Origin: Chiloscyllium plagiosum
Taxonomy: Eukaryota
NCBI RefSeq assembly: GCF_004010195.1
Contig: NC_057719.1
Location: 68,227,873-68,291,872 of the forward strand
Direction: 5' to 3'
Length of the DNA: 64,000 nucleotides
Shown here: one piece after another, positions 12,460-24,574 of the stretch
How the letters are laid out: every line of letters begins with the position of its first letter
How positions within the stretch are numbered: position 1 is the stretch's first letter
Made by a program: the position numbers and the translations under genes
Notes under the pieces: model-generated
What the model was told of the DNA's origin: nothing
Databases searched by the model: none
Seen by the model: only the letters and a program-made list of their open reading frames with translations

Positions 12460-13150
12460 GTAAGTTGCTTGAATAGTTAGCCTGTTCAATCATTTTCCTG
12501 TCAATGTTTGCAAAATGTCATGATTTACAGATAGACTTGTCTGATGTGAATTTGCACATGCTGTTGTACAATCCAAACAAAATTCTGCAAACTACACAAT
12601 TTTATCTGTTAAACTGTGTCATACCCACATCATTCAAATCTTTACTCTTGGATGAAATAGGTGAACCTGCAATGATGATTGCCATCAAGCATGGCAACAA
12701 AGTACAAAACAATTTCAATAGGAAACATTCAGCTATTACAGATGGATTACATGTAAGAATCCTGGGGCTGGATTTGTAAATTACCTATTTTCTTTATAAA
12801 CAGATGGTTATCAATGTAACTATTCAATTTCCGAAGTGGAATAAAAAATACAGGACAGATTTGATGTCAGGATTTTGGGGCACTATAAACAATATGTAAT
12901 TTAGGTGGAAGTTGACATAGAGCAAGAATGGCACCAGCAATTAGACAGCAGGCTTTGTTTCAGTTATCAGAGTCAGTTTCTGATTTGGGACACTTATTCA
13001 GACCAAATAAGATTTGATAAGGCAAGATAGTATCCTGGTCTATCTACACTGCTTAGTTCTTGGCTTAGAGAGATGACACATACATAATTTGCAGGAATTA
13101 AAGAAAATGACATCAATATGTTTTCATAGGCATTTGTCTTTAGTGTATAG

Positions 13151-13505
13151 AGGAGGCAATGGCCTAGTGGTATTTTTGCTAGGCTATTAATCTAGAAACA
13201 CAGCTAATACTCTGTGGACCTAGTTTCAACTCCTGTCATGCCATCTGATGGAATTCGAATTCAATTAAGAATCTGGAATTAAAGGTCTAATGATGACCAT
13301 GAATCCACTGTTGATTGTCAGGAAACACCTGGCTAGTTCACTAATGTCCTTTAGGGAAGGGAATCTGTCATTTTTACCTGGTCTGGCCTAAATGTGAGTT
13401 CAGATCCACAGCAATGTGGTTAACTCTTAACAGCTCTCTGAGCAATTAGGGCTGAGTAAAAATGTTGGCCTTGCTGGAGACGCTCACATTCTGGAAGTGA
13501 ATTTT
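13151..13505 (+). mobile_element. tRNA-headed SINE, family B (near full length)
   Basis: Box A-like TGGCCTAGTGG, decayed box B, conserved body, and 3' tail gcaattaggg..aaatg.tggcct.gc. Confidence 0.85.
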
Positions 13506-13569
13506 TAAAAAATTTGAAAGCAACTTAATGGAGCAAAACAACGAAGAAAAAAAAGAAAATGTTCTAAGT

Positions 13570-14050
13570 GGATTCAAGTAACATTCTACAAAAGATGTCA
13601 AGGCCTTAGACAGGATACAGTGCAGATTTACTGGATTTGTATCAAAAATATGGAACACTAGTTTTGCAGAGTCTAGTGAAAATAGAATTGTTCGCTTTCC
13701 AACAGAAACGTTTAAGGGGAGATGTAATGGAGGTGTTCAGAATCATGAAGGGCTTTCATTGAGTAAGTGAAGGGAAATTGACGTGGCAGACAGTCAGAAA
13801 CTATAGGACCACATTGAAAATAATTGTCAATAAAACAAGCGGCAAGGTAAGGAGAAACACAGGAGTTACACAATGTGATATGATGATACAAAATATTTTC
13901 TCAACAAGGTGCTGCAAACAGATTATTTCAATGAAGAATTGTATTACATCTAAAAGAAAAGACTTTGGAAAGCTGAGGGGAAAGATCAGGAGAACAGGAC
14001 CAAACAGATAATTCTTTCAAATGTTAGCCTAAAGAAGATTGGCCAAGTGA
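13570..14050 (+). mobile_element. Old CR1 LINE 3' fragment
   Basis: Degenerate KDVKALDRIQCRFT and RLRGDVMEVFRIMKG motifs. Confidence 0.65.
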
Positions 14051-14314
14051 GAATAAATGTCTTTCAAGATTCACAATAACTGTACATAAACATATTGCAG
14101 TAAAGGGGAAAGTTTCAGAATTAAGGCAAAATGTTTGTAATATTGAAGCAATTACTGTTAAATTAAAATTAATTAATGACAGCTATTCATTTCCCTTTCA
14201 TTAAATAAAACCATTTATCAATTTCAAACATGCTGTTATTTTTCTGAATTTCACTTTGTGGACTATTCAAAAGGCTGGTCATATGCCACCCCTTCTAAAT
14301 CCAGACACCAAACA

Positions 14315-14815
14315 GTGGTAGTGAGTTGTCTTCTTGAACCCTAGTTTTCTACAGCAACTTGATAATATTCAGTAAACAAAAAAACTCCGAAAGAACTATG
14401 CAAACTGGAAATCAGAAACAAGAACAGAAATTGCTGGAAAAGCTCAACAGGTATGGCAGCATCTGTTGAGAGAAATCAGACTTAACCTTTCAGGTCCAGT
14501 GACTATTCTTTACTGGAACGGAAAAGTTAACTCTGATTTCTCTCCACAGATGCTGCCAGACTTACTAAGTTTTTCTAGCAATTTCTGATAAAATTCAGTG
14601 ATTTGTCAGGCCATGTCAGAGGGCATTTTAAGAATCTATTATATTGCTGTGGGACTGAACACAAATACAGACCAGACTGGATAAAGTTCCCTGCTGCAAA
14701 AGGCATTAGTGAATCAGTGTTTTATTAATGAGAATTGAACAATTTCATGGTCACTTTATATTACTTGCCTTTCATTTTCAGATTTTTAAATCACAATTCA
14801 AATTCTCAAACTGCC
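14315..14815 (-). mobile_element. Family-B SINE interrupted by a Penelope-type palindromic insert
   Basis: SINE body at ~14600-14815 (ggccatgtcagagggca..cattagtgaa..aaattctcaaactgccatg); 5' flank at ~14315-14370. Confidence 0.6.
14385..14587. repeat. Palindromic Penelope-type terminal-repeat pair (fold-back)
   Basis: Arm 14425-14486 is the reverse complement of 14526-14587, with about 9 mismatches over 62 nt. Confidence 0.8.
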
Positions 14816-16089
14816 ATGATTAGATGCATTGTTTTATTGATTTAATACAACTGCTGTGATTTTCATGATTAACGGTTTTGGGATAAATGGGTTATGATGA
14901 TTATTATAGATCTTAGGTACCTCTATATATCATTGTGTTGTAATATAAGCAAACAGTTAAGACATTTTCTATGATCGAGTACATTCATCTAAAGGACTTA
15001 GCATTTAAAATCAGAGAAATGTAGAAGTTACTTTTGCAACTGGCCTCCCAATTCCTGTCACATAATATTTTAAAAGTTCTAAAGGATGTTGTCTCTGCAG
15101 GGATTATAATGTTAGAGAATTGTCAAAATAAGGATTGGATAAATAATTTGGGAACTGTGATAAACTTTGCAAAAGTATTTAAGTATTTTCAGTATTTAAG
15201 TGTATACTCTGATTTACTTTAAGAATCTTTTGAGAAACTGCCATGAATCTTTTCACAGACAATATTCCCAAAAGGTTATTATGTGTTTATGATGCAAGTA
15301 CTTTAATTTAATTATGATACAGTTATTCAATAATCTCACTCCTGTCAATAATAGATGATTCAAGAGATTCAAATGATTATCACAAAGTTTAAAAGCTAAA
15401 CTAATCTCATAACTATAATTGGAACAATAATAGCCTTGAATCTACTCCTCAACATTTTATCATTTTTTTGTACAGAATTTCCTATTAAAGCACAATTAAT
15501 GATGTATGCTGTCAATTGCATTGTTTTTCAATCGAATTTTCACAATATGAATTTTCACTAAAAGAAAATAATGCCTTTTCACTGCAGTGAATATAATGGT
15601 GAATCTGATGTTTCAGAAACAACCAATGATTTACCCTTCCCACCAATAAAAAAGTGAATGCCATAATAGAAAAGTCTGAGTAGACATCATCCTCCAGAGA
15701 GAGGCTTCGGAGTGTTATTTAGGCATAATGATACTGTATCTATCTTGTCTAAAATCACTAAAAATTCATTTACGTTCAGTTACTGTAAAATCCTGCATGT
15801 GGTAATTTCCTGCATCTGAACATGCCCATTTTATTGTGGGCAAAACAAAGCCAAATAGAACGCTGTAAACACATACAACAATTAATTGATCAATCAACAA
15901 ACAGCTCACTCCCCACATGGTCGCAAACAGAACAGAAGGAGACAGCGAGCACCAGTTACTTGATGATGCAAATTGAGAACCAGTATCAGAAGAAATATAC
16001 CAGCCTGAATAAAGAAGGAACAAACTTAAAAAGAAACAGTGCAACACTGTTCCCTTTCTTTGCAATTGTGCCTGGCTCTTGAGTGTTTA

Positions 16090-16867
16090 AATCACATTCT
16101 GGTTTTATTTCAAGTTGTTTTAAAAGAGAGTTTTGTTTAGAAGCTTCAGACTGACTATCATCAGTAAGTGCCAAAGAGCTGTGGAGATAAGGAACAGACT
16201 GGTGTTTTCAGAGAGCTTGTGGAAAATCTAGGGTGAGCGGGCATAATTGCAGAATAATAAATCCCCCATTTAAGACAGAGATAAAGAGGAATTTCTTTAT
16301 TCACAGGGTAGTGAATCTCTCAGAAATTCTTTCTCTGCCTCTATATCTCTCACTATTATGGAGGCACTAGAAAGTTTAATAGCTAGCGGTCTTTCATTCA
16401 CTTTTCTCTGCAAATTCTGAGTTGGTGGAGAGATAAAAGCATTTTTAAGGAGAGTGAAAGGATGAAGTCTTGACCAGTGAATGAAAGAGAGCATCTCATG
16501 TCAACAGCAAAAAACTAAAAGGGAATGAAGAGAAATGAAACAACTTATTGAGTCCTGTGAACCAGACTGGTGCTATTAAACTGAGTTTCCAATGTTTATT
16601 TTTCTTTTTCCATCCTTTATAACTGTTTGTGGGAGGTGAGGTGTAAAAGAAAGTACAAGGTTTTAAGCTATCAATTAATATTTCCTAGTTACAATTGGTT
16701 AAATATAGTTACTTTCTTGTTCAGTACCGAAACCTGGTGAATATTTTCTTTTAACCTGTGTTTGTCAGCTAAATAGGGGAGATTGGATAGTTTGACTATG
16801 TTTTTTCACATTTGTGATGACTTTCAGAACAGTGGAACTTGATTTCCAGCACATAACTGTAGTGACA
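16090..16867 (+). repeat. 5' LTR of the Gmr1-like element (start approximate; small CR1 piece at ~16238-16330)
   Basis: Shares blocks with 26440-27470: tttca.tcac..ctctgcaaat, acca.actggtgctatt.aact, catttgtgatga/tatttgtgatga and atttccag.aca. Confidence 0.7.
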
Positions 16868-16872
16868 AAGTT

Positions 16873-16890
16873 TGGGGGCTTGTCCAGGAT
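16873..16890 (+). promoter_or_regulatory. Primer-binding site complementary to the tRNA-Pro 3' end
   Basis: TGGGGGCTTGTCCAGGAT versus canonical TGGGGGCTCGTCCGGGAT; both mismatches are CpG-type transitions; 5 nt after the LTR end. Confidence 0.85.
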
Positions 16891-17649
16891 TTTGGAAAAA
16901 AGACAGTATAAGATTAGGTGTGGAGTTTGCCATTGATAAAGGGAAAAAGGTAATGGCAGATATTGTGCTGTTGAAAGTAGGATGGTTCTAGAAACTGCTT
17001 TAGCCTTCCTGCAGGTGGAAGAGATATCCCAGACAAACGTATAAGAGATCACAAAAGCCAGTTTGGCAAGTAACTGAATTGGCAAGTAAATCAGAAATGG
17101 AATTGCCTATTAGAACTAAGAAGACAGAGATGATTAAAAGATGAGCAGTGCTTAATATAAGAGAGACTGGGTACTCCAAGTATTGCAGCATTGGAATCTG
17201 TTCATATAAAGTTACCGTTAGAGCATGAGGAAAGAATGAAGAAGCTGGGAATGGAATTGAAAAGAGTAAAATGGAAATGAAGATAAAAAACTTAAAATAC
17301 TGAAAATTAGATCAGACATTGAAAAGTGAAGCAGACTCAATGGGCCAATTTGCCTACCACTACTCCTACATTTTATGGTCTCATGATAGCCAAAATGTTC
17401 CTTAATGTTTAGGGTAATTCAAATAAAGTATTTGGCATATCTGCATTAAGTGAGGCTCAGGAAGCAGATCCTAGGTAAAATAGGGGAGCACAGACAGCTC
17501 ACACTTAAGATGAGGCAAAAGGAGTTCCAGAAAGCTATTATATTGAGAACAGAGTTCTGATCAGGAATTAGAGACACCCACACAGGCTTGAAGATGAGGA
17601 GGGTATGTTTATTCTTTAGATATTGGCACAGGGAAGATATTGTAAGGAG

Positions 17650-18505
17650 CAGGTTGTAAGTTTGTTCGCTGAGCTGGTAGATTTGTTCTCAGATGTTTCA
17701 TCACCGTGTTCGGTAACATCACCAATGAGCCTACAATGAAGCGCTGGTGTTCTGTCCCGTTTGCTATTTATGTGTCTTGGTCTGTTGTGGTGGGTGATAT
17801 CACTTCCAGTTCTTTTTCTGAGAGTTTGGTAAATGGGGTTCAAATCTACACATTTGTTAATGGAGTTCTGGTTTGAATGCCAGGCCTCTAGGAATTCCTG
17901 TGCAAGTCTTTGTTTAGCCTGGCCCAGGATGGATGATTTGTCTCAGTCAAACTGGTGTCCCTCTTCATCTATGTATATGGATACCAATGATAGTTGGTCA
18001 TGTCTTTTGGTAGCTAGTTGATGCTCATGTATCCTGGTGGCCAGTTTCCTGCCTACCTGTCCAATGTAATGTTTGTTGCAGTCCTTGCAGGGTATTTTGT
18101 ATATGAAATTAATTCTGCCAGTTGTTGGTGTAGTGTCCTTTAAAAACATCCAGAGCTGTTTCAGTGTGGTGGTTGATTTGTAGGCTACCATGAAATCTAG
18201 GGGCTGGAGTAAAGGCCCTAGAATTCCTAAAGGCCTGATATTCAAACTGGAATTCCAGTAACAAACACATCGATTTGGACCCCATTTACCAACGTCTCAG
18301 GAAAATAACCGGAAGTGTTATCACCCACCACATCAGACCAAGACATATAAATAGAAAGTGGACAGAACACCAGTGCTTCATTGGAGGCTCACTGATGATG
18401 TTACCCAGCATCGTGACAAAATGTCTGAGAACAAATCTACCAGCTCAGTGAGTAAACTTACAAGCTGATCCACAAACTGAGCTACAAATCTTCTCCAGAA
18501 TTGCA
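17650..18505 (-). mobile_element. Penelope-like element 1: GIY-YIG endonuclease fragment with inverted pLTR
   Basis: ORF 17943..18245 has FIYKIPCKDCNKHYIGQ..RIHEH (GIY-YIG); 17650-17897 and 18219-18476 are inverted copies. Confidence 0.9.
18388..18429 (+). ncRNA. Minimal type I hammerhead ribozyme motif (CpG-decayed) in Penelope pLTR
   Basis: CTCA-CTGATGA-T-GTTAC..GTGAC-AAAAT-GTC-TGAG; the GAAAC is mutated to AAAAT. A mirror copy lies on the minus strand at 17688-17729. Confidence 0.65.
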
Positions 18506-18509
18506 TATT

Positions 18510-18662
18510 GTAAAGAGATATTGCAACTAGCACATGGAATTCCTATGGCACAACATTTAGGAGAATGAAAAATTCAAACATCAATAAACAGGCACTTTAC
18601 GCGGCCAAGACATCACAAGGACAGAGTGCAATTCTGTAAAACATGTCATGCATATCAGGTAG
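18510..18662 (+). pseudogene. Retrotransposon integrase zinc-binding (HHCC) domain remnant
   Basis: Translates KEILQLAHGIPMAQHLGE*KIQTSINRHFTRPRHHKDRVQFCKTCHAYQV. Confidence 0.85.
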
Positions 18663-18679
18663 TCTCTGCCTTCATTATG

Positions 18680-19180
18680 TTCTTTTTCTCAGGGGGTGGT
18701 AAATGGGATCCAAGTTAATGTGTTTGTTGATAGAGGTCCAGTTGGAATGCCATGCTTCTAGGAATTCTCTTGCGTGTCCCTGTTTGGCTTGTCCTAGGCG
18801 TTATCCCAGTCAAAGTGGAGTCCTTCCTCAACCATATTTAAGGATACAATTGAGAGTGGGTCATGTCTTTTTGTGGTTAGTTGATATTCATGTATCCTGG
18901 TGGCTAGTTTTCTGCCTGTTTAAAGCATGGCATTCCAACCAGAACTCTATCAACAAACACATTGACTTGGATCCCATTTACCACCCCTTGAGAAAAAAGA
19001 TCAGAAAATGACATGACCACAGGAAAAGACATCACCAACCCAAGGAAGTTTAAACACATAAATAGAAAGCGGGTGATACCACCAGTGCTTCATCAGGAGG
19101 CTCACTGAAGATGTTACCTAATATGGTGATGAAATATCTGAAAATGAACATTCCAGCTCAGTGAGCAAACCTACATCTAG
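18680..19180. mobile_element. Penelope-like element 2 (inverted structure)
   Basis: 18680-18760 is the reverse complement of ~18922-19000 (AWHSNQNSINKHIDLDPIYHPLRK); pLTR resembles element 1. Confidence 0.85.
19101..19142 (+). ncRNA. Minimal type I hammerhead ribozyme motif with intact core
   Basis: TCA-CTGAAGA-T-GTTACC-TAATAT-GGTGAT-GAAA-T-ATC-TGA: CUGANGA, stem II, GAAA and an AUC cleavage triplet are all present. Confidence 0.7.
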
Positions 19181-19394
19181 ATTTCTTACTGTTTGCCAAC
19201 AGTGATTCATAAATGAATGTACTGAGTGTTGTGCATTCAAATCAATCTATGGCCATGAGATAAGACGTCCATTTAAATTGATTAAGGGAAAAAAATTAAA
19301 AACTTAACATGTTTTTGTCCTAGGATGGATGCAGAAGAATGGGCAGACAGATATGCTACAACGGAGCTGGAGATGAAGTATTGATATTTTCTAA

Positions 19395-19537
19395 TCTTTT
19401 ATTCCTAAGAATTTGATCTTAAGTATTTGTACCTTGCTACCTTTATACCTAAGATGGCACTGTAATGCAGTGACTAAAAAATCTTTTTACTGTACTCATT
19501 TGAGTACATGTGACAATAATGCTATTTCATTTCAGTT
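19395..19537 (+). mobile_element. Short LINE 3' tail (Rex1/Babar-like)
   Basis: 'actgtactcatttgagtacatgtgacaataa' with a terminal hairpin and short (tttca)n tail. Confidence 0.45.
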
Positions 19538-20303
19538 ACTGCCTTTGTAGGGTGAACCTCTGAAAGAAGGAAATCAGTTGTCCCTATGTAATTGATATTT
19601 ATGAGTGTAAGAAGAAAATCGACTATGTCATGTGAACATGTTGAAATTTTACCGTGCAGGGAAAAGGATAAAAAGGAGCATGTATTTCTGTAAGAATAGT
19701 GGATTTTAACATAGACAATAAGATTGAGGTAGAAGGTGAGTTAGACAGTTCACAAAGTGAACCTCTTCTAATTTTACTAGCCAACATTGAAATACTAGAA
19801 CAGTTAAATGCATGTTCTTGTTATTAGAGGAAAGTCAACTGGAAAATCTAGTAGAGTTATTTAGGAATTTTAAGGAAATCTGTAAACATATATCTGGATG
19901 TCCTATTGCTAGCTCAACATAATGTGGATGTAGGAGACTCAGTGTAGATAAAATACCATCTTTGTTGGTTGAGCTCAGAGAAACAAGTTCATGTAGAAAT
20001 AGACCTTCAAATTCCTCATGTTGATTGCTTTACTAAAATCCATTTAGATGTCCAAAAGCATTTCATAGACTTGGATAAAATAAAAGGGTGAGAAAATGTA
20101 AATGTTTCAAAAAGAATAGACATTTGTTGCTCTGAACAATAATTAGAAAGTGGGTCTCTGAAAATAGATTTTCAGTTTGATGTGATTGTTCAAAATGACA
20201 GTTGTTCCAGTGATATTCTGTTGTTTAACACAAATACTTGAAGCAATCAGGTTTCTCTTACATTGTGTGGAAGCAGTAATTCATGAAGTTCCAACGACAA
20301 AAC

Positions 20304-20630
20304 GGGGCGGCACGGTGGCTCAGTGGTTAGCACTGCTGCCTCACAGCGCCAGGGACCCGGGTTCAATTCCCACCTCGGGCAACTGTCTGTGTGGAGTTTG
20401 CACGTTCTCCCCATGTCTGCGTGGGTTTCCTCCGGGTGCTCCGGTTTCCTCCCACTGTCCAAAGATGTGCAGGGCCAGGTGAATTGGCCATGCTAAATTG
20501 CCCGTAGTGTTAGGTAAGGGGTAAATGTAGGGGTAGGGGTATGGGTGGGTTTCGCTTCGGCGGGTCGGTGTGGACTTGTTGGGCCGAAGGGCCTGTTTCC
20601 ACACTGTAATGTAATCTAATGTAAAAAAAA
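20304..20630 (+). mobile_element. Full-length young HE1-like V-SINE
   Basis: Box A TGGCTCAGTGG (20316-20326), box B GGTTCAATTCC (20360-20370), V-domain, CR1-shared tail gggccgaagggcctgtttcc; many CpGs retained. Confidence 0.95.
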
Positions 20631-20811
20631 ACAAATCAGCAGTTGAAAGTAAGGAAATGGACATGAAGGTTGATGTGTGGGAAAATGTTTCAGGTACATG
20701 TCTTCAGGGTAACCTTTTTGAATAAGGAATGCAAAGTACTTATTTGAGTTAGAATCAGAGGAAGCATCCAAAGACTCTAATCCAATATTGTTGAAGTGAA
20801 AGTGAGGACTG

Positions 20812-21858
20812 CAGACAGCCAGCACGGATTTGTGAAGGGTAGGTCTTGCCTTACAAGTCTTATTGAATTCTTTGAGGAGGTGACCAAGCATGTGGATGAG
20901 GTCAGTTCTGGGTCCTCTGCTGTTTGTAATTTTTGTTCATGACTTAGATGAGGGAGTCGAAGGGTGGGTCAGTAAATTTGCAGATGATACGAAGATAGGT
21001 GGAGTTGTGGACAGTGAGGAGGGCTGTTGTCGGCTGCAGAGGGACTTAGATATGATGCAGAGCTGGGCTGAGGAGTGGCAGATGGAGTTCAACCCTGCCA
21101 CGTGTGAGGTTGTCCATTTTGGAAGAACAAATAAGAATGCGGAATACAGGGTTAATGGTAGGGTTCTTAGTCAGGTGGAGGAACAGAGGGATCTTGGGGT
21201 CTATGTACATAGATCTTTGAAGGTTGCCACTCAGGTGGATAGAGTTTGTAAGAAGGCCTATGGAGTATTATCGTTCATTAGCAGAGGGATTGAATTCAAG
21301 AGTTGTGAAGTGATGTTGCAGCTGTACAGGACTTTGGTTAGGCCACAGTTGGAGTACTGTGTGCAGTTCTGGTCGCCTCACTTTAGGAAAGATGTGGAAT
21401 CTTTGGAGAGGGTGCAGAGAAGATTTACCAGGATGTTGCCTGGAATGGAGAGGAAGTCGTACGAGGATAGGTTGAGAGTTCTCGGCCTTTTCTCGTTGGA
21501 ACGGCGAAGGATGAGGGGTGACTTGATCGAGGTTTATAAGATGATCAGAGGAATAGATAGAGTAGACAGTCAGAAACTTTTTCCCCGGGTACAACAGAGT
21601 GTTACAAGGGGACATAAATTTAAGGTGAAGGGTGGAAGGTATAGGGGGGATGTCAGGGGTAGGTTCTCTACCCAGAGAGAGGTGGGGGCATGGAATGCGC
21701 TGCCTGTGGGAGTGGCAGAGTCAGAATCATTGGCGATCTTTAAGTGGCAATTAGATAGGTACATGGATGGATGCTTAAGCTTGGACAAATGTTCGGCACA
21801 ACATCGTGGGCTGAAGGGCCTGTTCTGTGCTGTATTGTTCTATGTTCTACGTTCTAAT
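20812..21858 (+). mobile_element. Young 5'-truncated CR1 (HER1-like) LINE with an internal RT deletion
   Basis: ORF 20890..21873 has SVLGPLLF, FADD, DLGV and LEYCVQFWSP without stops; upstream QHGFVKGRSCLTSL in another frame; (GTTCTAT)n-type tail. Confidence 0.95.
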
Positions 21859-24574
21859 GTGTTTCAGGTGTAATTCAGGCCTCATTAGGGAACTGTTGTC
21901 TCACTGGCTGGTTACAGTCTGTGTGTTACTCTTTTCTCTTTTACTTTGAGAAAAGGACTATCTTGATATTGTGGCAGGGCTTAGCCCTTACACTCTGGTT
22001 TTCTTTGCTTTTTGGAATGTGTTTTCACTTTTTTGGTATTTGGACTGATTGGAGGTTTGTCCTCATCTCCATGAAAACTATTTAAACGATGGGGTTTGGC
22101 CTTGCCGCCCTTTCCCCTGTATATCGTCCTTTTTTGGCGAACTGCTGCTTTCTGTTTATTGTTAGCTGCATGATGAACTGTTTAATAAAATTTTAAAAAA
22201 CCAGGAGCAACTTTGCTCTATGTTGAGAAGAGCACTGCTTATCACTGGTGAAAAAAATATATAACTAGGATATTTAGAATCTCGGGACTGACTCTGAGCT
22301 GGCTGCCCACAGCCAGTGTATTAAGGACTAGTAAATGAAAGGTGACTTGGTAATTGGATACTGGCCTCTGTGCAGTTATTTTAGTGATGACAGGTAAAAA
22401 ACATTTGCATGCAACATCTTGGAATTGGAGGTAAGCATTTCTGGCATCATGCTTTTACTTGGGAAGCTTGACTCATTGGATCCTGCTGTTGAAGACTGGG
22501 CCTAGTATGTGGAAAGAATGTGATTTTTCTCCAGGCAAATTACATTAGAGCAGATGAAAAGCAATGAGTAACCCTTCTGACTGTGTGTGTGGACCTGCAG
22601 CATTTTCAGTTACAAGGGGCTTAACTTTGCCAGAGGCACCAGGCACTAAAACCTTCCAAGAGTTAAAGGATTTGGTTAAGTAATATTTCAACCCCAGACC
22701 TCCTCTAATTCTGCGAGGCTATCTGTTTTATTTAGTTGTTACAGAACCAGGGGAATCCATATCGGGATTTTTGATGAGGTTGAGATAATTGGCAGAGGCA
22801 TGTGATTCTCGGTCAACCCTGAATGAGATCCTGAGAGACCATTCGGTATGTGGGATTAATGATGTAACCATACAGAAGAGCCTACCAGCTGAGGCCCAAC
22901 TTCAAACACGCACTGCAGCTGGCTTTGTCATTAGAAAGTGCAGCAAGTGGAGCGTGGGAGCTACAGGGCATCTCAATGGAAGTGGACACCCTCACTTGTC
23001 TGACTGAGGTTGGGGAACACCAAATGAGTGTAGGCAATCACAGAACCTCACACAGGGTACATCCTGAGCAGAACGACCCTTGGCCAGCTCACTGCAGAAC
23101 CTCATAACAAAGCCAAGCCTTGGTCAAGTGACTAAAGGGTTCTTCAGGGATCTGTGCCGGCGAGCCATTGTAATTGCTGCCAGTATGTGGTTTTGAGACT
23201 GCAAATAAGTCCTACAAGGCCTGACTTGAGAAAGAAAATTCTTAGCCGGCACCCAGGAGAGTGCATACCTTGGAAAGTTGGTTGAAACAATTAAATTGCT
23301 TAATGACATCCAAATTGAAACTAATTAAAATTGGAGTCTGGTTAAATGGTCACCCAGTTCCCATGGAGGTCAATACTGACACAACTGTATCTGTGGTTGC
23401 AGAACCCATCTTTAACAAGATTCACTCAGGACTACAACCCTTAAGTTTGCACAAGACCTCAGCCAGACTGAGAACACTGGGGATCTGTTGCAGATTAAAG
23501 GCATGACATCATATCCAGTCTCCTATGAGAAGCAGTTGATGCAGTTACTACAGATGGTAGTAAAAGGCTTAGGCCCAAGCCTGTTGGGGTGGAATTGGTT
23601 GAGAAAGATTCACCTTGATTGGCTCAACATGTTTTGATTTGAAGTTTCAGTGAAGTTCTCATAGGAGTTTTTCAGGAAAGGCTTGGAACTCTGAACTGGG
23701 GTGAAATTCACTTTTCATGTTGACCAGGAAGCAATTTCATGTTTTTGCCAGGCCCACCTGATGCCATTTGCCTTGGGGGCAGAATTGGGCCGAAGGGTCT
23801 GTTTCCATGCTGTACATCTCTATGATTCTATGACTCTGAGTCAGGAGGCTGGAGAATGAAAGAATCATCAAACCAGTGCAGTTTGCAGAATGGGCCGATT
23901 GTGAAGCCTAATGACTCTGCCCACCTTTGTGAGGATTGTAAGCAAACTGTAAACTGCTTCTCACAGCGGGATAAATACCCGATCCCTCGCATAGAGGACT
24001 TGTATGCAGAGCTGGGAGTGTCCTTTACAAAGCTGGACATGAGCTACTCCTACCTGCAATTGAGACTGGATGAGGAGTCCCAGAAGTACACTACAATTCA
24101 TACCCATAAGGGTTTATACCAATATACGTGACTGCCATTTGAGGTATCATCAGCCTGAGCCCTTTGCCAAGCGGACTGTGGAGAACATTGTACAAGAGCC
24201 ACTCAAAGTTGCAATTTTCCTGGATGACATACTAATCACCGGGAAGACCAGTAAAGAGCACTTGGAGAACTTGAACAGAGTGTTTATACATTTCTCCCAA
24301 GTGGGCATGCACCTCAGATGGGAAATGTGTGTTCGCGGTGCCCCTCGTGACCTACATGGGTTACAGAGTCAACAAAACTGGGTTATACCCATTGGAAGAT
24401 AAAGTGAGGGCAATCATAGGAGCCCTGCTTTCCACATCTGTATTGGAGCTTAGGTATTTCCTTGGGTTAATGAATTATTATGGAAAATTCATATGTAACC
24501 TGGCCTCCATCTTGGCACCCTTATACCTGCTATTGAAAAAAGGGCAGCTTTAGAACTAGTCGCAAAGCCAAGAA

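Noticed and set aside
20304..20380. tRNA genes suggested by box A/B motifs (also 42865-42950 and 60047-60120)
   Set aside because: They are SINE heads continuing into SINE bodies, with no standalone cloverleaf or terminator.
20890..21873. Longest ORF (327 aa) as a host gene or a novel reverse-transcriptase system
   Set aside because: It is the 3' half of CR1 ORF2, lacks the N-terminal RT motifs and endonuclease, and ends in a CR1 tail.
21875..22200. Possible L1/Tx1 3' end or processed-transcript tail (AATAAA plus A-run)
   Set aside because: No coding homology or TSD recognised; left unannotated.
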